Program-made: the position numbers and the translations under genes
Notes under the pieces: model-generated
Database searches by the model: none
The model's input: the letters and a program-made list of their open reading frames with translations, nothing else
What the model was told of the DNA's origin: nothing
Assembly: GCF_009914755.1 (NCBI RefSeq)
Contig: NC_060934.1
DNA length: 64,000 bases
Origin: the human T2T-CHM13v2.0 reference genome, Homo sapiens
Reading direction: 5' to 3' (one strand)
Shown here: in pieces, positions 24,467 through 46,624 of the stretch
How the letters are laid out: each line of letters starts with the position of its first letter
Position numbering within the stretch: the stretch's first letter is position 1

Positions 24467-25157
24467 TGTACACTTCCCAGCTCATTCTATGAGGCCAAAG
24501 ACATCTAAAGAAAATTTCCTTATGAATATAGATGCAATAAAGACTAGTAAATCAAGCCTGGGGACATATAAAAATAAGTCACTGCAAGACATTAGTATCT
24601 GGGCCACCACTTTGTACTTGGGGCAATTCATGCCTTACATACCCACAGGATGGGTCCTGATTGCCAGCTGGGTGATGAGTAATCTGGTCCCAAAACCTCA
24701 TCTTTACTTCCTGCTTTCTTGGACTACTTTAGGTACTAACTCTGTCAGTTGGGTCTTCTGGATAAGATGCTGACGTGGAGTTTGGAATGCAAGAAGTTTA
24801 TTGGGCAGTAATGCTTGGGAAAATTTAAAGGAGAGGAAGGAGGATTGAGTTTAAGAAAAGCCAGCAAACCATAAGGCAGGTCTGATAACTGGAGAAAGAA
24901 AGGGGTTGGTGAGTGGAAGCCGCATTGGTTATAGAGAGTCTCAGATTGTCATGCATCTCATATACAGTCAGCCAACCCAATGGGTATTTCAGGTCAAAGT
25001 CTGTCTTTTAGAAGAGTTCCATGTTGGGCAAAAATGTAGACTGAAGGGTGCTCAGGAAGACCATATATTTGTCTTGAATCCTGAGACAGATGCTGAAAGC
25101 CCTAATAGCTAGTGGCTGTCAACCTAATTGCACTCCTTGCAGCTGAATTACAAGTAT

Positions 25158-25533
25158 TCCCTCCCTGCCTCCCTCCCTCCCTCCCTTCCTTCCTTCCTTC
25201 CTTCCTTCCTTCCTTCCTTCCTTCCTTCCTTCCTTCCTTCCTTTCTTTCCTCCTTCCTTTCTTTTGTTTTTTAGAGATAGGTCTTACTCTATCTCTCAGG
25301 CTGGAGTGCAGTGCAATCATTGTAACCTCAAATTCCTGGGCTCAAGCAATCCTGCCTCCTGAGTAGCTAGGACTTCAGGTGCATGGCACCCTGCCTGGTT
25401 ATTATTATTTTTTAAGTTTTTGTAGAGACAGGGTCTATGTTGCCCAGGCTGGTCTCAGACTCCTGGCCTCAAGTGATCCTCCTGCCTTGGCTTCCCAAAG
25501 CAATGTTATAGATGTGAGCCACTACACTCAGCC
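25158..25533 (-). mobile_element. AluJ with (TTCC)n microsatellite tail
   Basis: (TTCC)n at about 25160-25260, then Alu. Confidence 0.85.
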
Positions 25534-25800
25534 TATAAATTTTTTCTTGAAGGGAGATCCAAGCTGTACACTTCCATGAATGCCACACTATAGGGCAATA
25601 TTGAGTAGTAAAACATTTATGTAACTGGAGTCCCAGAAAAGGAGGAGAAAAGGGAGAAAAAAATATTTGAAGCAATAATAACTGAAAATTTTCCTTAAAT
25701 TTTATGAAAATGATAAACCTAAAGGTCCAAGAAGCTACATGAAGCCCAAGCGGGAAAAGCATGAAGAAAACCATCCCAAACACATCATAATCACATTTCT

Positions 25801-26401
<601 letters not shown>

Positions 26402-29057
26402 TCACATTTCTGAAAGCAAGTTATAAAAAATTTAACAGAAGCCAGAGGAAGAAAGTACACATATGTTTTGAGAAACAAAGATAAGAGTTACTGCAGACTT
26501 ACATCAGAAACTATGCAATCCAGAAGATAGTGGAATGATATTTTTAAAATATTGAAGGGAAAAATAAGTCATCCTAGAATTCTATGTCTAGTGAAATCAT
26601 CTTTCAAGAATGAAGACAAAACAAATACAGTTTAACATAAGAGAAATCCAAGATAATTCAGCACAACTGCGCTACCTTAAATATTAAGAGAAATTTTTTA
26701 GATAGAAGAAAAATGGTATCTTATCTACACAAAGGAATTAAGAGCACTGGACTTTTCCCTCATTGTTTAATTTCTTTTAAAGAAAATCATTGAAAGCAAA
26801 AATAATAACATATTATAGGATTTATTACATGTAGGAGTAAAATGTATGACAACAGTAGCACAAAGGCAGGGAAGGGGAAATGGAGGAGTACTGTTGTATT
26901 TGAAGATAGACTGTGATAAGTCACATATGTGTATTGTATAGCCTAGAGGAACCATTGTAAAAAACATGTAATTACTAAGAGAATATTGAAGATAAAATAG
27001 ATTTTAAAACCTCAAGCCAACAGAAGGCACAAAATGGAAAACAAAAACTGGTGGGAAAATATAGAAAACAGAGATGGCAGCTTTAAACCCAATTATATCA
27101 ATGTTATAAACACTCCAATTAAAAGGCAGAAATTTGTCAGGATGAAAAAATGTAGACCAGAAAAAAATGATACTAGGGATAAAAAGAAATACCTCAATGA
27201 TAAAGAGTTCCATTCATTAAGAAGACATAACTATCCTAAAAGTCTATGCATATAATACCAAAGCTTCTAAATACATGAAGTAAAAGCGACAGAACTATAG
27301 AGAGAAATTGACAAATCTACAATTATAGTTAGCTATTCCAATACTCCTCTCTCAGTAATTGATAGAACAACTAGGCAAAAAGAAATCAGTAATGACATAG
27401 AAGACTAGAGCCATATTATCAGTCAACTTGAACTAAATGATTTTACAGAACATTCCATCTGAAATTAGCAGACTATGCCTTCTTCACAAGTCCATGTAGA
27501 ACATCCACTAAATTTACAAGTTTCAATAAATTTAAAAGGATTGAATTCATGCAGAGTATGTTATATCCTTAACAGAATTCAATTAGAAATCAATCTCAGA
27601 ACAATCCTTGGAAAATTCCTGAATACATGGAAATTAAACAGCCCTTTTATGATTAACCCATGAGTTAAAGAAGAAGTCACAGGGGAAATTTAGAAATATT
27701 TTTAAGCGAATGAAATTGAGAAATCTATATTACAATTCATTGAATGTTACTAAACCAGTGTTTGGAGGGACATTTTAAACTTCAGATACTTGTATTAGAA
27801 AACAATAAAGGTTTACAGTCAATTATGTAAGCTTCCATCTTAAGAAAGTATGGAAAGAAGAGCAAATTAAACCTAAAATGAGCAGAAGAAAGGAAATAAT
27901 AACATTATTTATGGTAATCAATGAGTAGAAAACAGACAAACAATAGGGAAAATTAATGAAATGAAAACTTGGTTCTTTGCAAAGGTCAATAAAATTGATA
28001 AACCTTTAGCTAGATGAATCGAGAAAAATGTTAAAGAGGGGACATTACTACAGATCTGACATATCTTAAAAGCATTATATTAGAATATATATTAGACTAT
28101 GTTATACAAATAAATTTGGTATCCTAGTTGAAATGGACAAATTCCTTGAGAGACAAATTAACAAAACAAAAATAGAAAATCACAATAGCCTATATCTATT
28201 AAAAAATTGAAATCATAATTGAAAACCTTCACACGAAGAAAGCTCCAGCCCAGATGGCTTCATTGGTGAACTCTATCAAATGTATTAGGAATAAATAATA
28301 TCAATGCTGCACAAATTCTTTCAAAAAATAGGGGAATATTTTTATGTCATTTTATGAGTCCAGCACTATCCTGATACTAAAATTTGATGAAGACATTGTA
28401 AGTAAAGAAAACTACAGACCAGTGTTCCCTATGGATGTCTATGTTAAAATCCTTAATGTATTAGCATTAAAAACCCAGCAATATATAAAATGGATACTGT
28501 ATGTTAAATAGGGTTTACTGCAGGCAAGAAAAATAAAATATTCACAATACATATGTCTGTCAAGGGACTTATGTCTAGAAAATATAACATTTTTACCATT
28601 TAATAAAAAACCTAATTTTTAAAATAGACAAAGGAACAGATTCCTCAAAAAAGAGGATATATGGGCACATGAAAAGATACTCAGTATCATTAATCATCAA
28701 AAAATTGCTAATTAAAGCCACAATAAGATACTACTACACAGCTAGTAGAATGGCTAAAATTAAAACTGACAGTATCAAGTACTGATTAGGGTGTGAAGCA
28801 ACTGAACTCTCATACATTGCTGATGTCCCCATAGAGTTTATCCAAAGTACACCCACTTTATAAACATTTTGGCAGTTTCTTATAAACATGTATTTTCTAT
28901 GTGACCCAGGATTATACTCCTAGATATTTTTTCTAAGAGGAATGAAAACACAGAAACTTCCACACAAAACCCTAACATACATACTGACAGACATACAGCA
29001 GGCTCAATAAATGTTCACTGGTTGAATGAAAAAATAACACTTTTGAATCTTTTACAA

Positions 29058-29628
29058 TTCTTCTTCTTCTTCTTCTTCTTCCTTTTCTTCTTCCTCCTCC
29101 TCCTCCTCCTCTCCTCCTTCTCTTTCTCCTTCTCCTCCTCCTCATCCTTCTTCTTTTCTTCTTTTTTTCTTCTTCTTTCTTTCTTTCATTTTTTTTTTTT
29201 GACATGGAGTCTCGCTCTCTAGCTCAGGCTGGAGTGCAGTGGCACAACCTCGGCTCACTGCAACCTCTGCCTCCTGGGTTCAAGCGATTCTCCTTATTTG
29301 GCCTCCTGAGTACCTGGGATTACAGGCAACTGCCATCACGCCTGGCTGATTTTTGGTATTTTTAGTAGAGAGAGGGTTTCACCCTGTTGGCCAGGTTGAT
29401 CTCAAACTCCTGACCTCAGGTGATCTGCCTGTCTTGGCCTCCCAAAATGCTGGGGTTACAGGCATGAACCACAGCTCCAGCCTCTTTTTTTTTTTTTTTT
29501 TTTTTTTTTAATAGAGATGAAGTGTTGCTATGTTGCTAAGCCTGGTCTCAAATTCCTGAATTCAAGTGATCCTCTGCCTTAGCCTCCCAAAGTGCTATAA
29601 TTACAGGTGTGAGCCACTGTACCCAGCC
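29058..29628 (-). mobile_element. (TTC)n/CT tract, AluS (about 29190-29482) and FLAM-like monomer (29484-29628)
   Basis: Alu motifs and T-tails. Confidence 0.85.
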
Positions 29629-29647
29629 TTGAGCTTTCACAATTTTT

Positions 29648-35661
<6,014 letters not shown>

Positions 35662-35703
35662 AGCTTTTACAATTTTTAATATGCTCATGGAACAATAACA
35701 TAA

Positions 35704-36000
<297 letters not shown>

Positions 36001-37151
36001 TAGGTTGCATTATTATCTTCATTTTACAAATAGAGAAACCAAAACAAATAACTTTCCCAAGTTCACACAATCTGTTATTGGTAAAGCTGGGATTAGAATT
36101 ATTGCAACTTACACCAAATAACTTGCGCTAAACCATAGCAATATCCTTCTCGTCTAATGGAGGAGTTACTTTTAGGGTCATTCACATATTTAGTAGAATA
36201 ATATGTCCATCTTGATGCATCAAAGGTTAAGAAAAATGTTGAGTCCTTAGTCTTGGATGTTTGGCTATTTTGTCCATGGATAGGCCACAGAGGCCCAGGA
36301 ATCTCATGATATTTGATGTGAGTTTCTGTGTATATACATAAATGAATTTTTCCTCAGGCCAAAGACCCACAGTTCTCATCAGATTCTCAAAGAATTTTGT
36401 AACTACTAAAAGATTAAGAACCACAGATGTAGAGAAAATATTTGAGATTTTCCTAATACACAATTATAATTACTAAGTGTTCTAAAATATTTATAGATGG
36501 GTTCATTTAAAGAGTTATCCACAGATCACTTTTTATGTCTGCAAAGAAGATTTTGGTTAGGGGACTAGGAGGTAATGTTTATCAGGCACCACTAGCTTAC
36601 TTTAGCTCTTGAATCATTACTGGAAAAATATTGTTTACCCTTACCTAGAAATAGAGGCTGAGTTATATGGTGTCTTAAGACCATTTTGAAGGAGAGGAAT
36701 TCAGTCCTTTTTTAAGAACATGTCTCAGGTAGTGCTGGTTTTGCCTCACATCGCTGAATTCTGTTCTCTGGGACTTTCTTTTAGGCAAGACTATCCCAGC
36801 TACTACAGTAAGAGTAGTTTAGCTCCCAGAGTGCAAGGTCTCCAAACCATTGCCCTGGCTAACTTATGATAACACACAATCAGGCTTGTGCTGGACACAG
36901 GCGTAGCTTTTTCATGTCTATTGTCCTTTTGAACAAACTTGAAAATCTTTCCTACTACCATAGCTGCAATCTACTTTTCAACAGAAGACAAGAACTGGGG
37001 TGTGGTTTTTTTCCTTCTTCAGCTGCTACACATGTACTTCTTGACTAGTGTCTCCTATTCCACCACCTAGCTTGCCTGAAAATTTCTTTATGCAAAACCA
37101 TTTGTTTGTCAGCCATTGAGACATTGAGATCACAGACAGGTGTTTGAAATT

Positions 37152-37454
37152 TCTTATTTGTTTATTTTGAGACAGAGTCTCACTCTGTGGCCCAGGCCAG
37201 AGTGCAGTGGCATGATCTTGGCTCACTACAACCTCCGCCTCCCAGGTTCAAGTGATTCTCATGCCTCAGCCTCCTGAGTAGTAGCTGAAATTACAGGCGA
37301 GTGCCACCATGCCCAGTTAATTTTTTCTAGTTTTAGTAGAGATGGGGTTTCCCTGTGTTGACCAGGTTGGTCTTGAACTCCTGGCCTCAAGTGATCCACC
37401 TGCTTCGGCCTGCCAAACTACTGTGATTATAGGTGTAAGCCACCATGCCCAGCC
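37152..37454 (-). mobile_element. AluS
   Basis: Alu consensus motifs. Confidence 0.9.
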
Positions 37455-38082
37455 TCTTAAAGACTTTTCTAATCTCATCAAGAATACCACTTGCAGAGGT
37501 GGGCTTTAGAGAAGCAGGTGGGATCACCCTCAGTGGACTCTTCTGCAAGATGAGGGAAAAGACTGGCATGTTGGATTGGGTAGTTCTCCCAGCTTTGGGG
37601 AGGAGTAGAGCCCTTAGCAGAGAATGGCCTATCTCTCAGAAATTCTCCCAGCCTCTGCTCCAAGAAATCCACCACGCAGTACTGTATGTCAACCAACTGA
37701 GGATTAGTATAATCTTAACAGCTATGCTATTACCTAGCTGGAGTAGGACACTTGGAGGAGGAGAGGAAGAATGAGGCATAAGAGGTTGTTATAGAGCCAG
37801 GGTTGCTGTGGTAGCAGTGGGAATTAATGAGGATTTACTTAAATAGAAAATAATTCCGTGTAACACTGAGGAAAACTGAAGCTAGAGAGCTGATGCCACA
37901 TACTACAAACAGATGCTTTGCTTTACCAAAAAATTACCCCAGTTTCCCAGTTTAAATTGTGAGTCATCCTTTCTAGTACATTCAAAATGATTCAATGGTT
38001 TTCCTAAAAGGAGAAAAAAAACCTTTCCATACAAAATTTCCCAAACCCCTATATACCTGAATGTAAAAAATGCATATAAATT

Positions 38083-39000
38083 TTATTAGGTTTCTATGGC
38101 CGCCATAATAAACTGGGTGGCTTAAAAAGCCAGAAATTTATTGTCTTCAAGTACTGGACACTCAAAGTCCAAAATCAAGGTGCCACCAGGGCCATGCTCC
38201 CTCTAAAACCCGGAGGGAAGTCTGTTCTTGCCTCTTCCTAGCTTCTGATGGTTTGCAGGCAATCTTTGGTGCTCCCAGGCCTACAGATGCATCACTCCAG
38301 TCCCTCATCTTCATGTCGTAATCTTTTTTTTCAATAGAAACCATGCTACTTTATTAAAATGCCAAGTTTTAGTTCACATGTATATTTTTGTCTCCCCACC
38401 ATTTCCATGTTCTGACCACTGCTACTACTATGTCCTATCATAACATTCCATACATATTTAAAACCAAGCAAAGGGTGAAGTTCCATCTTTAATAATGAAA
38501 CAGGCATTTTGGACAACACATTCTTGGCAATGGAACCTGGACAACATTTATTAAACACAGTAGGGAAAGTTCTCACTCTGCATTATAGAAAGGACAGCCA
38601 GATATTGACTGTTAGAGAAATGAAATAAGATGGAAAAATGTTAACAAATTGTTTAAACTATTTTCTAAAGAGACTTCCTCCACTGCCAGGATCTTGAATA
38701 GTCTCCTGGTCAGTTGTCCGGAAGCAATTCTTCACATAATTGATGAACTTGGCTTCCACTTTGGGAAGAGAACCACCTTTTTCTATACTTGCTTGCATTT
38801 TTGATTTAATGTCTTCTACAGAACTAGGCCCTTTTGGTGTTTTACGAGTTTTTTCCTGTTTTTTGAAGGATTCTTGTCCTTTTAATCTTGGTGTTGATGA
38901 TGGGTTTGAGTGTTTTCTATTCTGATTTGACTTTTGTGCATTTTTGGCTGGAGTATGTAGATTTCTTCAATGGTGCTTTTTCTTCAGTTTCCTCATCATC

Positions 39001-39042
<42 letters not shown>

Positions 39043-39857
39043 TTCATCAGCAGCAAGTTTTACTTTTATTCTCTGGAATCTTGCTACCACCTCCAGGGAC
39101 AGATCACTTTCCAGATATCCTTAAGAGTTTCACATCCTCCTCCTCTTCATCTTCTGACTCTGCATCTTCCTCCACAGCTACTAAATGCTGTCCACTAATA
39201 TGCACTGGCCCTGAACCACACTTCAACCATAAAAGCACTGGTGGTGTTATTTCAAAGACCCCAAGGGAAACTGTTGGCTGTACAGACATTTTCAAAGGTG
39301 CCAGTGTTATTTAATTGGACTGCCTTCATAATTCATTGCCTCTGCTTCAACAATGTGCAGTTCATCCTTTGCACCAGCCCCTAAACTGACCGTTCTTAAG
39401 GATAACTGGTGCTCATTTTCATCATTATCCACCTTAAAGTGATCATCTTTGTCGGCCTTTAGTTCACAACTGAAAAGATAGTTCTGGGCCTCAGGGGGCT
39501 CACGTCCATGTCCATCGAATCTTCCATCAGGTGGCGGCACACACTTAGGTGGGAGAGAAAGCAGACGGAGATAAACGACCACTGCTCAAGAGAACAGCCA
39601 TACAGGATGGAATCACGCCAGTAGTATTGTTCCTGTGTGTCTCTTCATATAGTCTTCTCTCTGTGCCTGCATCCAAATTTCCTAATTTTATAAGGACACC
39701 AGCCATTGTATTAAGGCCCACCCTACTGACCTCATCTTACCTTGACTATATCTGTAAAGACCTCATTCCCAAATAAGGTCACATTCTGAGATATGTGGCC
39801 TTATGGATTAGGACTTCAACATATCTTTTTGAGGGGACCACAGTTCAATCTGTAACA
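38083..39857 (-). mobile_element. MLT1 (MaLR) LTR split by the NPM1 retrocopy
   Basis: MLT1 motifs at 38083-38320 resume at 39621-39857 (taaggacaccagccatt, aaataaggtcacattc, ...tgtaaca). Confidence 0.8.
38325..39620 (-). pseudogene. NPM1 (nucleophosmin) processed pseudogene with 5'UTR, disrupted CDS (ATG 39527, stop about 38665), 3'UTR and poly(A) remnant
   Basis: Intronless MEDSMDMD..., [43 protein letters not shown], acidic GAT tract and WQWRKSL-like end. Frameshifts near codon 14, near SPIK and near the C-terminus; T-run at 38324-38331. Confidence 0.95.
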
Positions 39858-40249
39858 TAGGTGGCAATTATGAAAGTTTATGACATTTAAATATACAATT
39901 ATCTTTAGAAGTGAGTCATGAGTTACCCTGAAATTATTACCTTCTGGCCTTTCAACATACTTTCATAGATTGCTATCTTATGCAGTGGCCAAGTGTGTTC
40001 CCCATTTAATTATTAGACTTAATTAGCTGCTTTATCACTTCACTGCTGTCTGAAGTACACAGTAGAAATATATGACAAAGTATGATACATTTCTGGGATG
40101 ATCTAAGACCTTGGACCTGATTCTCCACGATGGTATCTCTTTTATTCCTTGGTGTTCACCAATGTCTGCTTTTCTGCTCTTGTTTTGTGGGATATTTCTC
40201 TAGGAACTGGCTTTTAGTCTAGCTTTGCTGTCATTCCACTTTGAAACTT

Positions 40250-40624
40250 GATATGGTTTGGCTGTGTCCTCACCCAAATCTCATCTTGAATTGTAGCTCC
40301 CATAATCCCCACGTGCCATGGGAGGGACCTGGTGGGAGGTAACTGAATCACGCGGGCAGGTTTTCCCATGTTGTTGTGATAGTGAGTAAGTCTCATGAGA
40401 TCTGATGGTTTTATAAAGGGCAGTTCCCCTGCACATGCTCTCTTGCCTGCCACCATGTAAAACATGCCTTTGCTTCTTCTTTGCCTTCTGCCATGATTGT
40501 GAGGCCTCCCCAACCATGTGGAACTGTGAGTCCATTAAACCTCTTTTTTTTTTTTTTTTTTTTTTATGTAAATCACCCAGTCTTGAGTATGTCTTTATTA
40601 GCAGCGTGATAATGGACTAATACA
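40250..40624 (+). mobile_element. THE1 (THE1C-like) solo LTR
   Basis: tgatatggtttggctgtgtc start and ggactaataca end; TATA at 40412; GTGAGT donor at 40526. Confidence 0.9.
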
Positions 40625-41030
40625 AACCTCATATCAAGTTTAGGTTCTATTTGATAGACATGTAGATCAAAGAGGGTATAATTATCTTTAGTAAGCAAAA
40701 CTAACAGCATAATCCTAGACAAGAACTTATAGAAAGTTCATATCCATATATATATATATCCCATGGTTGAGAGTGCTCACAAAAAGGAACCATTACATCC
40801 TTCTTGCCTATACTTACAGATATCATACATTACCTTTAATACCTTATTTTCTACAAATTAAAATTTTAACCAAGACTTAATTGTCAAGCATTGGCAGTGG
40901 AGAGCCCAGCTACATTAGTGTACCAATGATCATTGTGGAGGTTTAAATTTCCAGCCACTTTGTTTTATGCAAGAGCATTATTTTCTTATTTTGATAATAT
41001 ACTTTACACTTATTTTTAAAAATAAAAATA

Positions 41031-41036
41031 TTTATT
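41031..41036 (-). terminator. BLNK: BLNK poly(A) signal AATAAA
   Basis: tttatt on +, about 250 nt after the BLNK stop. Confidence 0.7.
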
Positions 41037-41283
41037 TGGAAAATATTAGTAGCATGATAACTCAACCTCACCAGATATTAACAGTTCATCAGGTCAGGCA
41101 ATAGAACAAGTCCACATGAGCTTCTTAAAAAGAAATGGATGACCACTTCAATAGCTGACTCCATCTTCCATTTTATTACTGGATGATTCATAATCCAAAA
41201 TATGAAGTTTTGGGACTTTTTCTCAAAAGGAGAAACTTTGGGAAAGTGTCTGAAGCAATGGTATTGATCTTTTTTTTCCCCCT

Positions 41284-41403
41284 TTATGAAACTTTAACTG
41301 CATACTTCAGTCTGGTGGAATCTTTTGTGTTATTCTGACTGTCAATAAGAACCAAAGGACTATGTTGATGATTCCTGATGATTTCAGCAACACTTCCAAA
41401 GTA
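41284..41403 (-). CDS. BLNK: BLNK last exon, coding part: YFGSVAEIIRNHQHSPLVLIDSQNNTKDSTRLKYAVKVS*
   Basis: ttcctctAG acceptor; TAA stop at 41286-41284. Confidence 0.96.
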   Translation of the reverse strand, partial: YFGSVAEIIRNHQHSPLVLIDSQNNTKDSTRLKYAVKVS

Positions 41404-43689
41404 CTAGAGGAAGAAAACATAGATGAATTATACTTTGGCATTTGTGTTAAATTTGAGCTCCACTCCTCCCATCTTCTCTCATTCTCAAGTTAGTAAAAGT
41501 TATTACACCCCAGCTGACATTCTGCACAAAAAAATCTAGTTTAACAAAGGCTGTAACCTTCAAGGTGGCAGACCTTGGACTTTGCTGTATTAAGTACGAA
41601 GAAAAACACACTGACAGCCTCAATTAGCATAGCTACTTAGAGAGATTACTTCACTGAGTTATGATAAAATATTATAGTATATTGCTTTTTATTTACCGTT
41701 AAATGTAAAACTATCATACAACGCATTTTTCTACATTCTTTACAAAACATAGATCATCTCTTACTTTGCACAAGTCTCAGATACAAGAATTGATGTAATA
41801 AATTAACCTTAGAAATTTAGTACAAGGAAATAGTCATCTCCTAAACAAAATTATGTTTTGTTTTCTTTTTTAAACAAATAAAGAAAGCTTTATAAACCTT
41901 CATATTTCCATTTTTACTTGGTTCCTGGTAAGCTTAGAGTTAACTTAGTGCCTAATTAATAATGAAATTTCATGCTAGGCTCTCTCCATACATACTTATT
42001 TTTCCAAATTTTGATCCTTGTTGTCTATGGGTTTTAATTTAAAATTATCACAAATTTTGTTCTGAAAAATAATTAAAGTTTTGAAGGAAAGATAAAAACA
42101 AATGTAACACAGATCATGAAATTAAATTCATTGAGTATACAAAAGTGCTACAAGTTCACACTCATTAAATGTATTTAGAATCACTTTTTAAAAGTGGTGA
42201 TTGTTTTACAACAGTGCCATGAGTTTAGCAGTTACTATCAATTGATTTTATTTTCTCGATTTTTTAGATAAAGACAAACATCCACAGTAAAATTTTTAAG
42301 TGTTTATTAATTGTTTGGATGACTTCCAAGTAGCTACATATTGAATAAAGTAAAATATTCAGAATATTGGCCAACATTTCCAAATGAAATACCAGTTGTC
42401 TTTTAGATAATTGGCTAGCTGAATATTCAGTCAGGGAGAGAGGTAAGAGACAGGGACTTTCAAATACCTTTAGTCTTTATTCTTTACTTCCTATTCAATC
42501 ATTCAGCCATCTTGCAATTGCCAAAGAAATTCTTTCATTATAAATCCCATTAAACATTCATTCTGCTTGTTTGGCATAATATGTTGCTAAACCAAATGCA
42601 GTTGAAAGTTAAAGTTATGGACTCAAGGGCCAGAAAACGAAATAGCACAATCTCTTTGAAGTGGATTACAAGGGAAAAAGTGTGTCCTGAACCTAGGAAG
42701 CATAGGAGAGGATTGCTGTACTTATACAAACAAATATCTCATTCCGTCCCTCTAGTCCCTGAATATTTGTGAGTATTGCCTTGTTGTGGTGTTCGGGGAT
42801 TGAAGTGTGTGCAGTAGGGAGTTGAGCTGAGTTGAAACATCTGAAGTAGGGAATGAAGTTGAAGAATATTTGTGATTTAATTTAAAAAAGAATTGGGCAT
42901 AACATAGTTACAGCTTCCCCTCACTCTCCTTTTTTTCTGTTTTTATTAATTCAGTGTATTTGAGACAGATACATTCAGTGTATTTGTGGACAGAAAAACA
43001 ACGTATTGGCCACTAAGATAAAGCAGACAGTTGTCAAAACTGTAAAATTACTCAATGTTGTATCACACAGTGCCAAAATAGCTGCATAAACAGTTAAATA
43101 GTTAATGAATTGGTTACTTTTTCTAGCCATGTACACACAAATACACACAGACTTTCAGAAAAACTCCACATGATTGACATCATGTAACCAACACTTTAAT
43201 TTTCCATTCAGATGTTCAGTGTATAGGGGACATAATCTTTTTATTATAGATACTTTAAGTAAGAGTTTTAATTGACTGTCAGTACCTCCAGATGCTATTA
43301 TAGTAATATATTACTTATTTTGGAATCCATAGGCTGAATATGTTGGAAGTGAGGTGAAGCTCTAGTCTATTCATTCTAAAGTGGAGATGAAGATTCATCA
43401 GGCCAAGAGGAATTCCTGTTTACCAGAGTTTCCTAGCAGGACAACGAAATCCAGAGCCCCTCAGGGAGTTCAAAATTTGTGAGAGAATTTCAGGACCTCG
43501 AAATAGGACAGCTTCTTCACCCACCCTTAAGCCTCTTATAGAAAAGCTAGACTGCTGGAGAAGCTTTAGGATGTTAAATGATAATGCGGTCTACATTTTA
43601 AAACCAAAGATTGGTCTTGATTAGTGCCCTTAGATTCAAGAGTTTTGCATTTTAAAATTATCTGAGACTTTGTTAAAAGCAAAATAAAA

Positions 43690-45125
<1,436 letters not shown>

Positions 45126-45935
45126 TGTCTAAAAGGCAAAATAAAGAATACACATGACTTTTTCAGTTTGTTTTGCAAATGCTATTCTCCTGCCTGTAAT
45201 CACTCAACCAAATCAATTCAGTTGCTTAATAATTATTTATCAAGTGTACACTGAAGCCAGTTACTGTGCTCTGATTCTGGAAATACAGAGATGAAAAGAC
45301 ATTGTCCTTGGCTTCATGTAGTGGGGAAGACAGACACTTCAGCAATCATGACATTTTCCAACAATTCAAATATTTTCTAGCAGGTGCTGGGTTTGGAATG
45401 GTGTACCTTTTTCTGAAGGAATCTTGAAAGTAAATATTTCTTACCGTGAATTTTGTTTATGCTATTTTCTCTGCATAGATTGTTCTTCCCATTTTTCTCC
45501 TTCTCCATCCCTCCAACTTACATTCTACCCATTTAAATTCAACCCGTAATTCAAAACCAGAATAAGTATCACTGCATTTCTAGACCATTCATGGGTTACT
45601 CCAGCTCATATTTCAGGGTTCATTTATAGGAGCAGGCTGGCTAAACTGAGATATGGTAAGCACTGAGTTTGGTCCAGATTAAAGAGGCATTAAAGTTAAT
45701 GTTTGATTAATATTTAAGACCCATGTGATTTTTTTTTCTTGCTCCAGGCCCATAAGCTCATTCTGGTACAAGGGCTATAGTCTAATGTTTTAACTCAAGT
45801 TTCTGCATCTCTTCTGGATCCTTCCCTGGTAACCTACCTTGGTACTTGAGTTGAGATTTTAGGTCTTGACTTTGGAGGTCTGGAACTTGACCCTAATTCT
45901 TACAACCTTAATTCAACTTGACATTTCAACCTTGA

Positions 45936-45983
45936 TTTATATTTGCCCCTGGACTAAAATCTTGGGTCAGACTGACCTCATTA
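45936..45983 (+). repeat. 48-bp exact direct repeat, copy 1
   Basis: tttatatttgcccctggactaaaatcttgggtcagactgacctcatta, identical to 46986-47033. Confidence 0.95.
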
Positions 45984-46217
45984 AATAACTGAATGAAAGG
46001 ACTAGCATGTACATCACATGACTTTTTCCTTTTCTGTGTTCTTATAGGATATACTGCCTAAATATAGTATTTTATCTTGTTCTCTATGACATTTATGCAA
46101 GCATTAGAACAAGTACTTTTGTATCCTTTCTCCTCATCTCTAGCATCTAATACAGTATTTGATGTCATTATACTCAATGCATAGTTATAGAATTGAATTT
46201 AAAAAGAAATCACTGAC

Positions 46218-46373
46218 CTCTTCACCATTTTTCTTTCTGCCCAAGGCATATTGTTTTGTTGCTTCAATAAATCGCACAGGAATATTATATACTCGCTTAT
46301 TAAAGAATACAACTAGTGTATATGGTTGTTTGGAATCATGGCCAGAGCTTTTCCGAATAAGAAATGATCCATC
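46218..46373 (-). CDS. BLNK: BLNK exon 16 (156 nt), SH2 core: DGSFLIRKSSGHDSKQPYTLVVFFNKRVYNIPVRFIEATKQYALGRKKNGEE
   Basis: AG / GTcagt boundaries; contains the FLIRKS SH2 signature; in-frame phase 0/0 exon. Confidence 0.96.
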
Positions 46374-46624
46374 CTGTTTAATTTTTTTTAAAAAACATAA
46401 TTATGGTTAGTATTACTTATATTTCTACAGGTTCAAAAAATCATTTTGTGAAGAACACCTATATTACATTCCAAAGGTAAATTATTTAGCTACATTATTT
46501 TTATTATTGATTAGCGCTTGTCTTCTTATTTTCTAAGAAAATAGTCCAGGAAAATATATACTCATAGAAAATCCTGAGTGAGATCAATGCTTGCCTTTTT
46601 TGAAAAAAAGGTAATAATTAATTA

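Noticed and set aside
38888-39314. + strand ORFs with poly-His, poly-Ser or poly-Ile tracts
   Set aside because: They are antisense readings of the (GAT)n acidic tract of the NPM1 pseudogene.
42949-42986. 14-bp repeat attcagtgtatttg twice
   Set aside because: A short local slippage duplication with no evident function.
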